From contig OZ024744.1 in assembly GCA_964016885.1 (NCBI GenBank), positions 21,142,001-21,206,000 of the forward strand: a stretch of DNA of 64,000 bases, read 5' to 3'. The notes under the pieces are model-generated. The model saw nothing but the letters and a program-made list of their open reading frames with translations. It did not search any database and had not been told where the DNA came from. This DNA comes from Eledone cirrhosa. Lineage: Eukaryota. The position numbers and the translations under genes were made by a program. Below are positions 41,601-55,900 of this stretch, piece by piece; position 1 is the first letter of the stretch; the number at the start of each line of letters is the position of its first letter.

Positions 41601-43600
41601 CAGTTGAATCTTAAGAACTGACTCGTTTTAACAACAGCTGAATCTTAAGATAAAACTCGTTTTAACAACAGTTCAAACTTAAGAAATGACTCGTTTTAAC
41701 AAAAGTTGAATCTTATGAACTCACTCATTTTAACAACAGTTGAATCTTAAGATAACTTTCGTTTTAACAACAGTTGAATCTTAAGAACTGATTCGTTTTA
41801 ACAACAGTTGAATCTTAAGATAAAACTCGTTTTAACAACAGTTGAATCTTAAGAACGGACTCGTTTTAACAACACCTGAATCTTAAGATAAAACTCGTTT
41901 TAACAACAGTTGAATCTTAAGAACTGATTCGTTTTAACAACAGTTCAAACTTAAGAACTGACTCGTTTTAACAACAGTTGAATCTTATGAACTGACTCAT
42001 TTTAACAACAGTTGAATCTTAAGATAACATTCGTTTTAACAACAGTTGAATTTTAAGAACTGACTCGTTTTAACAACAGTTGAATCTTAAAGATAAAACT
42101 CGTTTCGACAACAGTTGAATCTTAAGAACTGACTCGTTTTAACAACAGCTGTATCTTAAGATAAAACTCGTTTTAACAACAGTTGAATCTTAAGATAAAA
42201 CTCGTTTTAACAACAGTTGAATCTTAAGAACTGACTCGTTTTAACGACAGCTGAATCTTAAGATAAAACTAGTTTTAACAACTGTTCAAACTTAAGAAAT
42301 GACTCGTTTTAACAACAGTTGAATCTTATGAACTGACTCATTTTAACAACAGTTGAATCTTAAGAACTGATTCGTTTTAACGACAGTTGAATCTTAAGAT
42401 AAAACTCGTTTTAACAACAGTTGAATCTTAAGAACTGACTCGTTTTAACAACAGCTGAATCTTAAGATAAAACTCGTTTTAACAACAGTTGAATCTTAAG
42501 AACTGACTCGTTTTAACAACAGCTGAATCTTAAGATAAAACTCGTTTTAACAATAGTTGAATCTTAAGATAAAACTCGTTTTAACAACAGTTGAATCTTA
42601 AGAACTGACTCGTTTTAACAACAGTTGAATCTTAAGATAAAACTCGTTTTAACAACAGTTGAATCTTATGAGCTAACTCATTTTAACAACAGTTGAATCT
42701 TAAGTTAAGACTCGTTTTAACAACAGTTGAATCTTAAGAACTGACTCGTTTTAACGACAGCTGAATCTTAAGATAAAACTTGTTTTAACAACAGTTGAAT
42801 CTTAAAGATAAAACTCGCTTTAACAACAGTTGAATCTTAAGAACTGATTCGTTTTAACAACAGTTCAAACTTAAGAACTGATTCGTTTTAACAACAGTTG
42901 AATCTTATGAACTGACTCATTTTAACAATAGTTGAATCTTAAGATAACATTCGTTTTAACAACAGTTGAATCTTAAGAACTGACTCGTTTTAACAACAGT
43001 TGAATCTTAAGATAAAACTCGTTTTAACAACAGTTGAATCTTAAGAACTGTCTCGTTTTAACAACAGTTGAATCTTAAGATAAACCTCGTTTTAACAACA
43101 GTTTAATCTTAAGAACTGACTCGTTTTAACAACAGTTGAATCTTAAGACAAAACTCGTTTTAACAACAGTTGAATCTTAAGAACTGACTTGTTCTAACAA
43201 CAGTTCAGCCTTAAGAACTGACTCGTTTCAAAACAGTTGAATCGTTAGAACTGACTCGTTTTAACAACAGTTGAATCTTAAAATAAAACTCGTTTTAACA
43301 ATAGTTGAATCTCAAGAACTGACTCGTTTTAGCAACAGTTGAATCTTAAGATAACACTCGTTTTCATAACAGTTGAATCTTAAGAACTGTCTCGTTTTAA
43401 CGACAGTTGAATTTTAAGATAAAACTCGTTTTAACAATAGTGGAATCTTAAGAACTGACTCGTTTTAACAACAGTTGAATCTTAAAATAAAACTCGTTTT
43501 AACAACAGTTGAATCTTAAGAACTGACTCGTTTTAACAACAGCTGAATCTTAAGATAAAACTCGTTTTAACAACAGTTCAAACTTAAGAAATGACTCGTT
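26600..43600 (+). repeat. Near-identical tandem duplication of 8,499 bp (approx. 26600-35100 / 35100-43600)
   Basis: The offset is a constant 8499 (250x34-1) at four barcodes: TTATCAAC (26673/35172), CGTTTGATCTG (28081/36580), CAGGTG (32866/41365) and TGTATC (33651/42150). Confidence 0.92.
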
Positions 43601-44129
43601 TTAACAAAAGTTGAATCTTATGAACTCACTCATTTTAAGAACAGTTGAATCTTAAGATAACGTTCGTTTTAACAACAGTTGAATCTTAAGAACTGACTCG
43701 TTTTAACAACAGTTGAATCTTAAAGATAAAACTCGTTTCGACAACAGTTGAATCTTAAGAACTGACTCGTTTTAACAACAGCTGAATCTTAAGATAAAAC
43801 TCGTTTTAACAACAGTTGAATCTTAAGATAAAACTCGTTTTAACAACAGTTGAATCTTAAGAACTGACTCGTTTTAACGACAGCTGAATCTTAAGATAAA
43901 ACTCGTTTTAACAACAGTTCAAACTTAAGAAATGACTCGTTTTAACAACAGTTGAATCTTATGAACTGACTCATTTTAACAACAGTTGAATCTTAAGAAC
44001 TGATTCGTTTTAACAACAGTTGAATCTTAAGATAAAACTCGTTTTAACAACAGTTGAATCTTAAGAACTGACTCGTTTTAACAACAGCTGAATCTTAAGA
44101 TAAAACTCGTTTTAACAACAGTTGAATCT

Positions 44130-47100
44130 TAAGATAAAACTCGTTTTAACAACAGTTGAATCTTAAGTACTGACTTGTTTTAACAACAGTTGAATCTTAA
44201 GATAAAACTCGTTTTAACAACAGTTGAATCTTATGAGCTAACTCATTTTAACAACAGTTGAATCTTAAGTTAAGACTCGTTTTAACAACAGTTGAATCTT
44301 AAGAACTGACTCGTTTTAACGACAGCTGAATCTTAAGATAAAACTTGTTTTAACAACATTTGAATCTTAAAGATAAAACTCGCTTTAACAACAGTTGAAT
44401 CTTAAGAACTGACTCGTTTTAACAACAGTTGAATCTTAAGACAAAACCCGTTTTAACAACAGTTGAATCTTAAGAACTGACTTGTTCTAACAACAGTTCA
44501 GCCTCAAGAACAGACTCGTTTTAACAACAGTTGAATCCTAAGATAAACCTCGTTTTAACAACAGATTAATCTTAAGAACTGACTCGTTTTAACAACAGTT
44601 GAATCTTAAGACAAAACTCGTTTTAACAACAGTTGAATATTAAGAACTGACTCGTTTTAACAACAGTTGAATCTTAAGACAAAACCCGTTTTAACAACAG
44701 TTGAATCTTAAGAACTGACTTGTTCTAACAACAGTTCAGCCTCAAGAACTGACTCGTTTTAAAACAGTTGAATCGTTAGATCTGACTCGTTTTAACAACA
44801 GTTGAATCTTAAAATAAAACTCGTTTTAACAATAGTTGAATCTCAAGAACTGACTCGTTTTAACAACAGTTGAATGTTAAGATAAAACTCGTTTTAACAA
44901 TAGTTGAATCTTAAGAACTGACTCGTTTTAACAACAGTTGAATCTTAAGATAAAACTCGTTTTAACAACTGTTGAATCTTAAGAACTGACTCGTTTTAAC
45001 AACAGTTGAATCTTCAAATAAAACTCGTTTTAACAACAGATTAATCTTAAGAACTGACTCGTTTTAACAACAGTTGAATCTTAAGACAAAACTCGTTTTA
45101 ACAACAGTTGAATCTTAAGAACTGACTTGTTCTAACAACAGTTCAGCCTCAAGAACTGACTCGTTTTAAAACAGTTGAATCGTTAGATCTGACTCGTTTT
45201 AACAACAGTTGAATCTTAAAATAAAACTCGTTTTAACAATAGTTGAATCTCAAGAACTGACTCGTTTTAACAACAGTTGAATGTTAAGATAAAACTCGTT
45301 TTAACAATAGTTGAATCTTAAGAACTGACTCGTTTTAACAACAGTTGAATCTTAAGATAAAACTCGTTTTAACAACTGTTGAATCTTAAGAACTGACTCG
45401 TTTTAACAACAGATGAATCTTCAAATAAAACTCGTTTTAACAACAGTTGAATCTTAAGAAATGACTCGTTTTAACAACAGTTGAATGTTAAGATAAAACT
45501 CGTTTTAACAATAGTTGAATCTTAAGAACTGACTCGTTTTAACAACAGTTGAATCTTAAGATAAAACTCGTTTTAACAACAGTTGAATCTTAAGAAATGA
45601 CTCGTTTTAACAACAGCTGAATCTTAAGATAAAACTCGTTTTAACAACAGTTCAAACTTAAGAAATGACTCGTTTTAACAAAAGTTGAATATTATGAACT
45701 CACTCATTTTAACAACAGTTGAATCTTAAGATAACATTCGTTTTAACAACAGTTGAATCTTAAGAACTGATTCGTTTTAACAACAGTTGAATCTTAAGAT
45801 AAAACTCGTTTTAACAACAGTTGAATCTTAAGAACGGACTCGTTTTAACAACAGCTGAATCTTAAGATAAAACTCGTTTTAACAACAGTTGAATCTTAAG
45901 AACTGATTCGTTTTAACAACAGTTCAAACTTAAGAACTGATTCGTTTTAACAACAGTTGAATCTTATGAACTGACTCATTTTAACAACAGTTGAATCTTA
46001 AGATAACATTCGTTTTAACAACAGTTGAATCTTAAGAACTGACTCGTTTTAACAACAGTTGAATCTTAAGATAAAACTCGTTTTAACAACAGTTGAATCT
46101 TAAGAACTGACTCGTTTTAACGACAGCTGAATCTTAAGATAAATCTCGTTTTAACAACAGTTGAATCTTAAAGATAAAACTCGCTTTAACAACAGTTGAA
46201 TCTTAAGAACTGACTCGTTTTAACAACAGTTGAATCTTAAGACAAAACCCGTTTTAACAACAGTTGAATATTAAGAACTGTCTCGTTTTAACAACAGTTG
46301 AATGTTAAGATAAAACTCGTTTTAACAATAGTTGAATCTTAAGGACTGATTCGTTTTAACAACAGTTGAATCTTAAGATAAAACTCGTTTTAACAACAGT
46401 TGAATCTTAAGAACTGACTCGTTTTAACAACAGCTGAATCTTAAGATAAAACTCGTTTTAACAACAGTTGAATCTTAAGAACTGACTCGTTTTATCAACA
46501 GTTCAACCTTAAGAACTGACTCGTTTTAACAACAGTTGAATCTTCAAATAAAACTCTTTAAACAACAGTTGAATCTTAAGAACTGACTCGTGTTAACAAC
46601 AGTTGAATCTTAAGATAAAACTAGTTTTAACAATAGTTCAACCTTAAGAACTGACTCGTTTTAACAACAGTTGAATCTTAAGATAAAACTCGTTTTAACA
46701 ACAGTTGAATCTTAAGAACTGACTCGTTTTAACAACAGCTGAATCTTAAGATAAAACTCGTTTTAACAACAGTTGAATCTTAAGAACTGACTCGTTTTAT
46801 CAACAGTTCAACCTTAAGAACTGACTCGTTTTAACAACAGTTGAATCTTCAAATAAAACTCTTTAAACAACAGTTGAATCTTAAGAACTGACTCGTGTTA
46901 ACAACAGTTGAATCTTAAGATAAAACTAGTTTTAACAACAGTTCAACCTTAAGAACTGACTCGTTTTAACAACAGTTGAATCTTCAAATAAAACTCGTTT
47001 TAACAACAGTTGAATCTTAAGAACTGACTCGTTTTAACAACAGTTGAATGTTAAGATAAAACTCGTTTTAACAACAGTTGAATCCTAAGAACTGACTCGT

Positions 47101-50100
47101 TTTAACAACAGCTGATTCTTAAGATAAAACTCGTTTTAACAACAGTTGAATCTTAAGAACTGACTCGTTTAAACAACAGTTGAATCTTAAGATAAAACTC
47201 GATTTAACAACAGTTGAATCTTAAGAACTGACTCGTTTTATCAACAGTTCAACCTTAAGAACTGACTCGTTTTAACAACAGTTGAATCATCAAATCAAAC
47301 TCGTTTTAACAACAGTTGAATCTTAAGAACTGACTCGTTTTAACATCAGTTCAACCTTAAGAGCTGACTCGTTTAACAACAGTTGAATCTTCAAATAAAA
47401 CTCTTTTAACAACAGTTGAATCTTAAGAACTGACTCGTGTTAACAACAGTTGGATCTTAAGATAAAACTAGTTTTAACAACAGTTCAACCTTAAGAACTG
47501 ACTCGTTTTAACAACAGTTGAATCTTCAAATAAAACTCGTTTTAACAACAGTTGAATCTTAAGAACTGACTCGTTTTAACAACAGTTGAATGTTAAGATA
47601 AAACTCGTTTTAACAACAGTTGAATCTTAAGAACTGACTCGTTTAACAACAGCTGAATCTTAAGATAAAACTCGTTTTAACAACAGTTCAAACTTAAGAA
47701 ATGTCTCGTTTTAACAACAGTTGAATCTTAAGATAAAACTCGTTTTAACAACAGTTGAATCTTAAGTACTGACTTGTTTTAACAACAGTTGAATCTTAAG
47801 ATAAAACTCGTTTTAACAACAGTTGAATCTTATGAGCTAACTCATTTTAACAACAGTTGAATCTTAAGTTAAGACTCGTTTTAACAACAGTTGAATCTTA
47901 AGAACTGACTCGTTTTAACGACAGCTGAATCTTAAGATAAAACTTGTTTTAACAACATTTGAATCTTAAAGATAAAACTCGCTTTAACAACAGTTGAATC
48001 TTAAGAACTGACTCGTTTTAACAACAGTTGAATCTTAAGACAAAACCCGTTTTAACAACAGTTGAATCTTAAGAACTGACTTGTTCTAACAACAGTTCAG
48101 CCTCAAGAACAGACTCGTTTTAACAACAGTTGAATCCTAAGATAAACCTCGTTTTAACAACAGATTAATCTTAAGAACTGACTCGTTTTAACAACAGTTG
48201 AATCTTAAGACAAAACTCGTTTTAACAACAGTTGAATCTTAAGAACTGACTCGTTTTAACAACAGTTGAATCTTAAGACAAAACCCGTTTTAACAACAGT
48301 TGAATCTTAAGAACTGACTTGTTCTAACAACAGTTCAGCCTCAAGAACTGACTCGTTTTAAAACAGTTGAATCGTTAGATCTGACTCGTTTTAACAACAG
48401 TTGAATCTTAAAATAAAACTCGTTTTAACAATAGTTGAATCTCAAGAACTGACTCGTTTTAACAACAGTTGAATGTTAAGATAAAACTCGTTTTAACAAT
48501 AGTTGAATCTTAAGAACTGACTCGTTTTAACAACAGTTGAATCTTAAGATAAAACTCGTTTTAACAACTGTTGAATCTTAAGAACTGACTCGTTTTAACA
48601 ACAGTTGAATCTTCAAATAAAACTCGTTTTAACAACAGATTAATCTTAAGAACTGACTCGTTTTAACAACAGTTGAATCTTAAGACAAAACTCGTTTTAA
48701 CAACAGTTGAATCTTAAGAACTTACTTGTTCTAACAACAGTTCAGCCTCAAGAACTGACTCGTTTTAAAACAGTTGAATCGTTAGATCTGACTCGTTTTA
48801 ACAACAGTTGAATCTTAAAATAAAACTCGTTTTAACAACAGTTGAATCTTAAGAACTGACTCGTTTTAACAACAGTTGAATGTTAAGATAAAACTCGTTT
48901 TAACAATAGTTGAATCTTAAGAACTGACTCGTTTTAACAACAGTTGAATCTTAAGATAAAACTCGTTTTAACAACAGTTGAATCTTAAGAAATGACTCGT
49001 TTTAACAACAGCTGAATCTTAAGATAAAACTCGTTTTAACAACAGTTCAAACTTAAGAAATGACTCGTTTTAACAAAAGTTGAATATTATGAACTCACTC
49101 ATTTTAACAACAGTTGAATCTTAAGATAACATTCGTTTTAACAACAGTTGAATCTTAAGAACTGATTCGTTTTAACAACAGTTGAATCTTAAGATAAAAC
49201 TCGTTTTAACAACAGTTGAATCTTAAGAACGGACTCGTTTTAACAACAGCTGAATCTTAAGATAAAACTCGTTTTAACAACAGTTGAATCTTAAGAACTG
49301 ATTCGTTTTAACAACAGTTCAAACTTAAGAACTGATTCGTTTTAACAACAGTTGAATCTTATGAACTGACTCATTTTAACAACAGTTGAATCTTAAGATA
49401 ACATTCGTTTTAACAACAGTTGAATCTTAAGAACTGACTCGTTTTAACAACAGTTGAATCTTAAGATAAAACTCGTTTTAACAACAGTTGAATCTTATGA
49501 GCTAACTCATTTTAACAACAGTTGAATCTTAAGTTAAGACTCGTTTTAACAACAGTTGAATCTTAAGAACTGACTCGTTTTAACGACAGCTGAATCTTAA
49601 GATAAAACTTGTTTTAACAACATTTGAATCTTAAAGATAAAACTCGCTTTAACAACAGTTGAATCTTAAGAACTGACTCGTTTTAACAACAGTTGAATCT
49701 TAAGACAAAACCCGTTTTAACAACAGTTGAATCTTAAGAACTGACTTGTTCTAACAACAGTTCAGCCTCAAGAACAGACTCGTTTTAACAACAGTTGAAT
49801 CCTAAGATAAACCTCGTTTTAACAACAGATTAATCTTAAGAACTGACTCGTTTTAACAACAGTTGAATCTTAAGACAAAACTCGTTTTAACAACAGTTGA
49901 ATCTTAAGAACTGACTCGTTTTAACAACAGTTGAATCTTAAGACAAAACCCGTTTTAACAACAGTTGAATCTTAAGAACTGACTTGTTCTAACAACAGTT
50001 CAGCCTCAAGAACTGACTCGTTTTAAAACAGTTGAATCGTTAGATCTGACTCGTTTTAACAACAGTTGAATCTTAAAATAAAACTCGTTTTAACAATAGT

Positions 50101-52980
50101 TGAATCTCAAGAACTGACTCGTTTTAACAACAGTTGAATGTTAAGATAAAACTCGTTTTAACAATAGTTGAATCTTAAGAACTGACTCGTTTTAACAACA
50201 GTTGAATCTTAAGATAAAACTCGTTTTAACAACTGTTGAATCTTAAGAACTGACTCGTTTTAACAACAGTTGAATCTTCAAATAAAACTCGTTTTAACAA
50301 CAGATTAATCTTAAGAACTGACTCGTTTTAACAACAGTTGAATCTTAAGACAAAACTCGTTTTAACAACAGTTGAATCTTAAGAACTGACTTGTTCTAAC
50401 AACAGTTCAGCCTCAAGAACTGACTCGTTTTAAAACAGTTGAATCGTTAGATCTGACTCGTTTTAACAACAGTTGAATCTTAAAATAAAACTCGTTTTAA
50501 CAATAGTTGAATCTCAAGAACTGACTCGTTTTAACAACAGTTGAATGTTAAGATAAAACTCGTTTTAACAATAGTTGAATCTTAAGAACTGACTCGTTTT
50601 AACAACAGTTGAATCTTAAGATAAAACTCGTTTTAACAACTGTTGAATCTTAAGAACTGACTCGTTTTAACAACAGATGAATCTTCAAATAAAACTCGTT
50701 TTAACAACAGTTGAATCTTAAGAACTGACTCGTTTTAACAACAGTTGAATGTTAAGATAAAACTCGTTTTAACAATAGTTGAATCTTAAGAACTGACTCG
50801 TTTTAACAACAGTTGAATCTTAAGATAAAACTCGTTTTAACAACAGTTGAATCTTAAGAAATGACTCGTTTTAACAACAGCTGAATCTTAAGATAAAACT
50901 CGTTTTAACAACAGTTCAAACTTAAGAAATGACTCGTTTTAACAAAAGTTGAATATTATGAACTCACTCATTTTAACAACAGTTGAATCTTAAGATAACA
51001 TTCGTTTTAACAACAGTTGAATCTTAAGAACTGATTCGTTTTAACAACAGTTGAATCTTAAGATAAAACTCGTTTTAACAACAGTTGAATCTTAAGAACG
51101 GACTCGTTTTAACAACAGCTGAATCTTAAGATAAAACTCGTTTTAACAACAGTTGAATCTTAAGAACTGATTCGTTTTAACAACAGTTCAAACTTAAGAA
51201 CTGATTCGTTTTAACAACAGTTGAATCTTATGAACTGACTCATTTTAACAACAGTTGAATCTTAAGATAACATTCGTTTTAACAACAGTTGAATCTTAAG
51301 AACTGACTCGTTTTAACAACAGTTGAATCTTAAGATAAAACTCGTTTTAACAACAGTTGAATCTTAAGAACTGACTCGTTTTAACGACAGCTGAATCTTA
51401 AGATAAATCTCGTTTTAACAACAATTGAATCTTAAAGATAAAACTCGCTTTAACAACAGTTGAATCTTAAGAACTGACTCGTTTTAACAACAGTTGAATC
51501 TTAAGACAAAACCCGTTTTAACAACAGTTGAATATTAAGAACTGTCTCGTTTTAACAACAGTTGAATGTTAAGATAAAACTCGTTTTAACAATAGTTGAA
51601 TCTTAAGGACTGATTCGTTTTAACAACAGTTGAATCTTAAGATAAAACTCGTTTTAACAACAGTTGAATCTTAAGAACTGACTCGTTTTAACAACAGCTG
51701 AATCTTAAGATAAAACTCGTTTTAACAACAGTTGAATCTTAAGAACTGACTCGTTTTATCAACAGTTCAACCTTAAGAACTGACTCGTTTTAACAACAGT
51801 TGAATCTTCAAATAAAACTCTTTAAACAACAGTTGAATCTTAAGAACTGACTCGTGTTAACAACAGTTGAATCTTAAGATAAAACTAGTTTTAACAATAG
51901 TTCAACCTTAAGAACTGACTCGTTTTAACAACAGTTGAATCTTAAGATAAAACTCGTTTTAACAACAGTTGAATCTTAAGAACTGACTCGTTTTAACAAC
52001 AGCTGAATCTTAAGATAAAACTCGTTTTAACAACAGTTGAATCTTAAGAACTGACTCGTTTTATCAACAGTTCAACCTTAAGAACTGACTCGTTTTAACA
52101 ACAGTTGAATCTTCAAATAAAACTCTTTAAACAACAGTTGAATCTTAAGAACTGACTCGTGTTAACAACAGTTGAATCTTAAGATAAAACTAGTTTTAAC
52201 AACAGTTCAACCTTAAGAACTGACTCGTTTTAACAACAGTTGAATCTTCAAATAAAACTCGTTTTAACAACAGTTGAATCTTAAGAACTGACTCGTTTTA
52301 ACAACAGTTGAATGTTAAGATAAAACTCGTTTTAACAACAGTTGAATCCTAAGAACTGACTCGTTTTAACAACAGCTGATTCTTAAGATAAAACTCGTTT
52401 TAACAACAGTTGAATCTTAAGAACTGACTCGTTTAAACAACAGTTGAATCTTAAGATAAAACTCGATTTAACAACAGTTGAATCTTAAGAACTGACTCGT
52501 TTTATCAACAGTTCAACCTTAAGAACTGACTCGTTTTAACAACAGTTGAATCATCAAATCAAACTCGTTTTAACAACAGTTGAATCTTAAGAACTGACTC
52601 GTTTTAACATCAGTTCAACCTTAAGAGCTGACTCGTTTAACAACAGTTGAATCTTCAAATAAAACTCTTTTAACAACAGTTGAATCTTAAGAACTGACTC
52701 GTGTTAACAACAGTTGAATCTTAAGATAAAACTAGTTTTAACAACAGTTCAACCTTAAGAACTGACTCGTTTTAACAACAGTTGAATCTTCAAATAAAAC
52801 TCGTTTTAACAACAGTTGAATCTTAAGAACTGACTCGTTTTAACAACAGTTGAATGTTAAGATAAAACTCGTTTTAACAACAGTTGAATCTTAAGAACTG
52901 ACTCGTTTAACAACAGCTGAATCTTAAGATAAAACTCGTTTTAACAACAGTTCAAACTTAAGAAATGTCTCGTTTTAACA
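44130..52980 (+). repeat. Higher-order domain: about 3.5-kb block duplicated at offset 5,264 with an internally deleted partial copy in between
   Basis: GCCTCAAGAACAGACTCG lies at 44501, 48100 and 49765; AAGGACTGAT at 46341 and 51605 (offset 5264). Confidence 0.85.
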
Positions 52981-55900
52981 ACTGTTGAATCTTATGAACT
53001 GACACATTTTAACAACAGTTGAATCTTAAGATAACTTTCGTTTTAACAACAGTTGAATCTTAAGAACTGATTCGTTTTAACAATAGTTGAATCTTCAAAT
53101 AAAACTCGTTTTAACAACAGTTGAATCTTAAGAACTGACTCGTTTTAACAACAGTTGAATGTTAAGATAAAACTCGTTTTAACAACAGTTGAATCTTAAG
53201 AACTGACTCGTTTTAACAACAGTTGAATCTTCAAATAAAACTCGATTTAACAACAGTTGAATCTTAAGAACTGACTCGTTTTAACAACAGTTGAATCTTA
53301 AGAACTGACTCGTTTTAACAACAGTTAAATCTTAATAACTGACTCGTTTTAACAACAGTTGAATGTTAAGTTAAACCTCGTTTTAACAATAGTTGAATCT
53401 TAAGAACTGACTCGTTTTAACAACAGTTGAATCTTATGAACTGACTCATTTTAGCAACAGTTGAATCTTAAGATAACATTCGTTTTAACAACAGTTGAAT
53501 CTTAAGATAAAACTCGTTTTAACAACAGTTGAATCTTAAGAACTGACTCGTTTCATCAACAGATCAACCTTAAGAACTGACTCGTTTTAACAACAGTTGA
53601 ATCTTCAAATAAAACTCGTTTTAACAACAATTGAATCTTAAGAACTGACTCGTTTTAACAACAGTTGAATCTTAAGAACTGACTCGTTTTAACAACCGCT
53701 GAATCTTAAGATAAAACTCGTTTTAACAACAGTTGAATCTTAAGAACTGTTTTGTTTTAACAACAGTTGAATCTTAAGATAAAACTCGTTTTAACAACAG
53801 TTGAATATTATGAGCTAACTCATTTTAACAACAGTTGAATCTTAAGTTAAGACTCGTTTTAACAACAGTTGAATCTTAAGAACTGACTCGTTTTAACGAC
53901 AGCTGAATCTTAAGATAAAACTTGTTTTAACAACAGTTGAATCTTAAAGATAAAACTCGCTTTAACAACAGTTGAATCTTAAGAACTGACTCGTTTTAAC
54001 AACAGTTGAATCTTAAGACAAAACCCGTTTTAACAACAGTTGAATCTTAAGAACTGTCTTGTTTTAACAACAGTTGAATCTTAAGATAAACCTCGTTTTA
54101 ACAACAGATTAATCTTAAGAACTGACTCGTTTTAACAACAGTTGAATCTTAAGACAAAACTCGTTTTAACAACAGTTGAATCTTAAGAACTGACTTGTTC
54201 TAACAACAGTTCAGCCTCAAGAACTGACTCGTTTTAAAACAGTTGAATCGTTAGATCTGACTCGTTTTAACAACAGTTGAATCTTAAAATAAAACTCGTT
54301 TTAACAATAGTTGAAACTCAAGAACTGACTCGTTTTAGCAACAGTTGAATCTTAATAACTGACTCGTTTTAACAACAGTTGAATGTTAAGATAAAACTCG
54401 TTTTAACAATAGTTGAATCTTAAGAACTGACTCGTTTTAACAACAGTTGAATCTTAAGATAAAACTCGTTTTAACAACTGTTGAATCTTAAGAACTGACT
54501 CGTTTTAGCAACAGTTGAATCTTCAAATTAAACTCGTTTTAACAACAGTTGAATCTTAAGAACTGACTCGTTTTAACAACAGTTGAATGTTAAGATAAAA
54601 CTCGTTTTAACAATAGTTGAATCTTAAGAACTGACTCGTTTTAACAACAGTTGAATCTTAAGATAAAACTCGTTTTAACAACAGTTGAATCTTAAGAAAT
54701 GACTCGTTTTAACAACAGCTGAATCTTAAGATAAAACTCGTTTTAACAACAGTTCAAACTTAAGAAATGACTCGTTTTAACAAAAGTTGAATATTATGAA
54801 CTGACTCATTTTAACAACAGTTGAATCTTAAGATAACATTCGTTTTAACAACAGTTGAATCTTAAGAAGTGACTCGTTTTAACAACAGTTGAATCTTAAG
54901 AACTGACTCGTTTTAACGACAGCTGAATCTTAAGATAATTCTCGTTTTAACAACAGTTGAATCTTAAAGATAAAACTCGCTTTAACAACAGTTGAATCTT
55001 AAGAACTGACTCGTTTTAACAACAGTTGAATCTTAAGACAAAACCCGTTTTAACAACAGTTGAATATTAAGAACTGACTCGTTTTAACAACAGTTGAATC
55101 TTAAGATAAAACTCGTTTTAACAACAGTTGAATCTTAAGAACTGACTCGTTTCATCAACAGTTCAACCTTAAGATCTGACTCGTTTTAACAACAGTTGAA
55201 TCTTCAAGTAAAACTCGTTTTAACAACAGTTGAATCTTAAGAACTGACTCGTATTAACAACAGTTGAATGTTAAGATAAAACTCGTTTTAACAATAGTTG
55301 AATCTTAAGAAGTGATTCGTTTTAACAACAGTTGAATCTTAAGATAAAACTCGTTTTAACAACATTTGAATCTTAAGAACTGACTCGTTTTAACAACAGT
55401 TGAATCTTAAGAACTGACTCGTTTTAACAACAGTTGAATCTTAAGAACTGACTCGTTTTAACAACAACTGAATCTTAAGATAAAACTCGTTTTAACAACA
55501 GTTGAATCTTAAGAACTGACTCGTTTTAACATCAGTTCAACCTTAAGAACTGACTCGTTTTAACAACAGTTGAATCTTCAAATAAAACTCGTTTTAACAA
55601 CAGTTGAATCTTAAGAACTGACTCGTTTTAACAACAGTTGAATCTTAAGATAAAACTCGTTTTAACAACAGTTGAATCTTAAGAACTGACTCGTTTTAAC
55701 AACAGCTGAATCTTAAGATAAAACTCGTTTTAACAACAGTTGAATCTTAAGAACTGACTCGTTTTAACATCAGTTCAACCTTTAGAGCTGAATCGTTTAA
55801 CAACAGTTGAATCTTCAAATAAAACTCTTTAAACAACAGTTGAATCTTAAGAACTGACTCGTGTTAACAACAGTTGAATCTTAAGATAAAACTAGTTTTA

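Noticed and set aside
55781-55789. TTTAGAGCT, resembling the start of the SpCas9 repeat/sgRNA scaffold
   Set aside because: It is a 9-bp chance match produced by point variants of CTTAAGAACT within a normal monomer.
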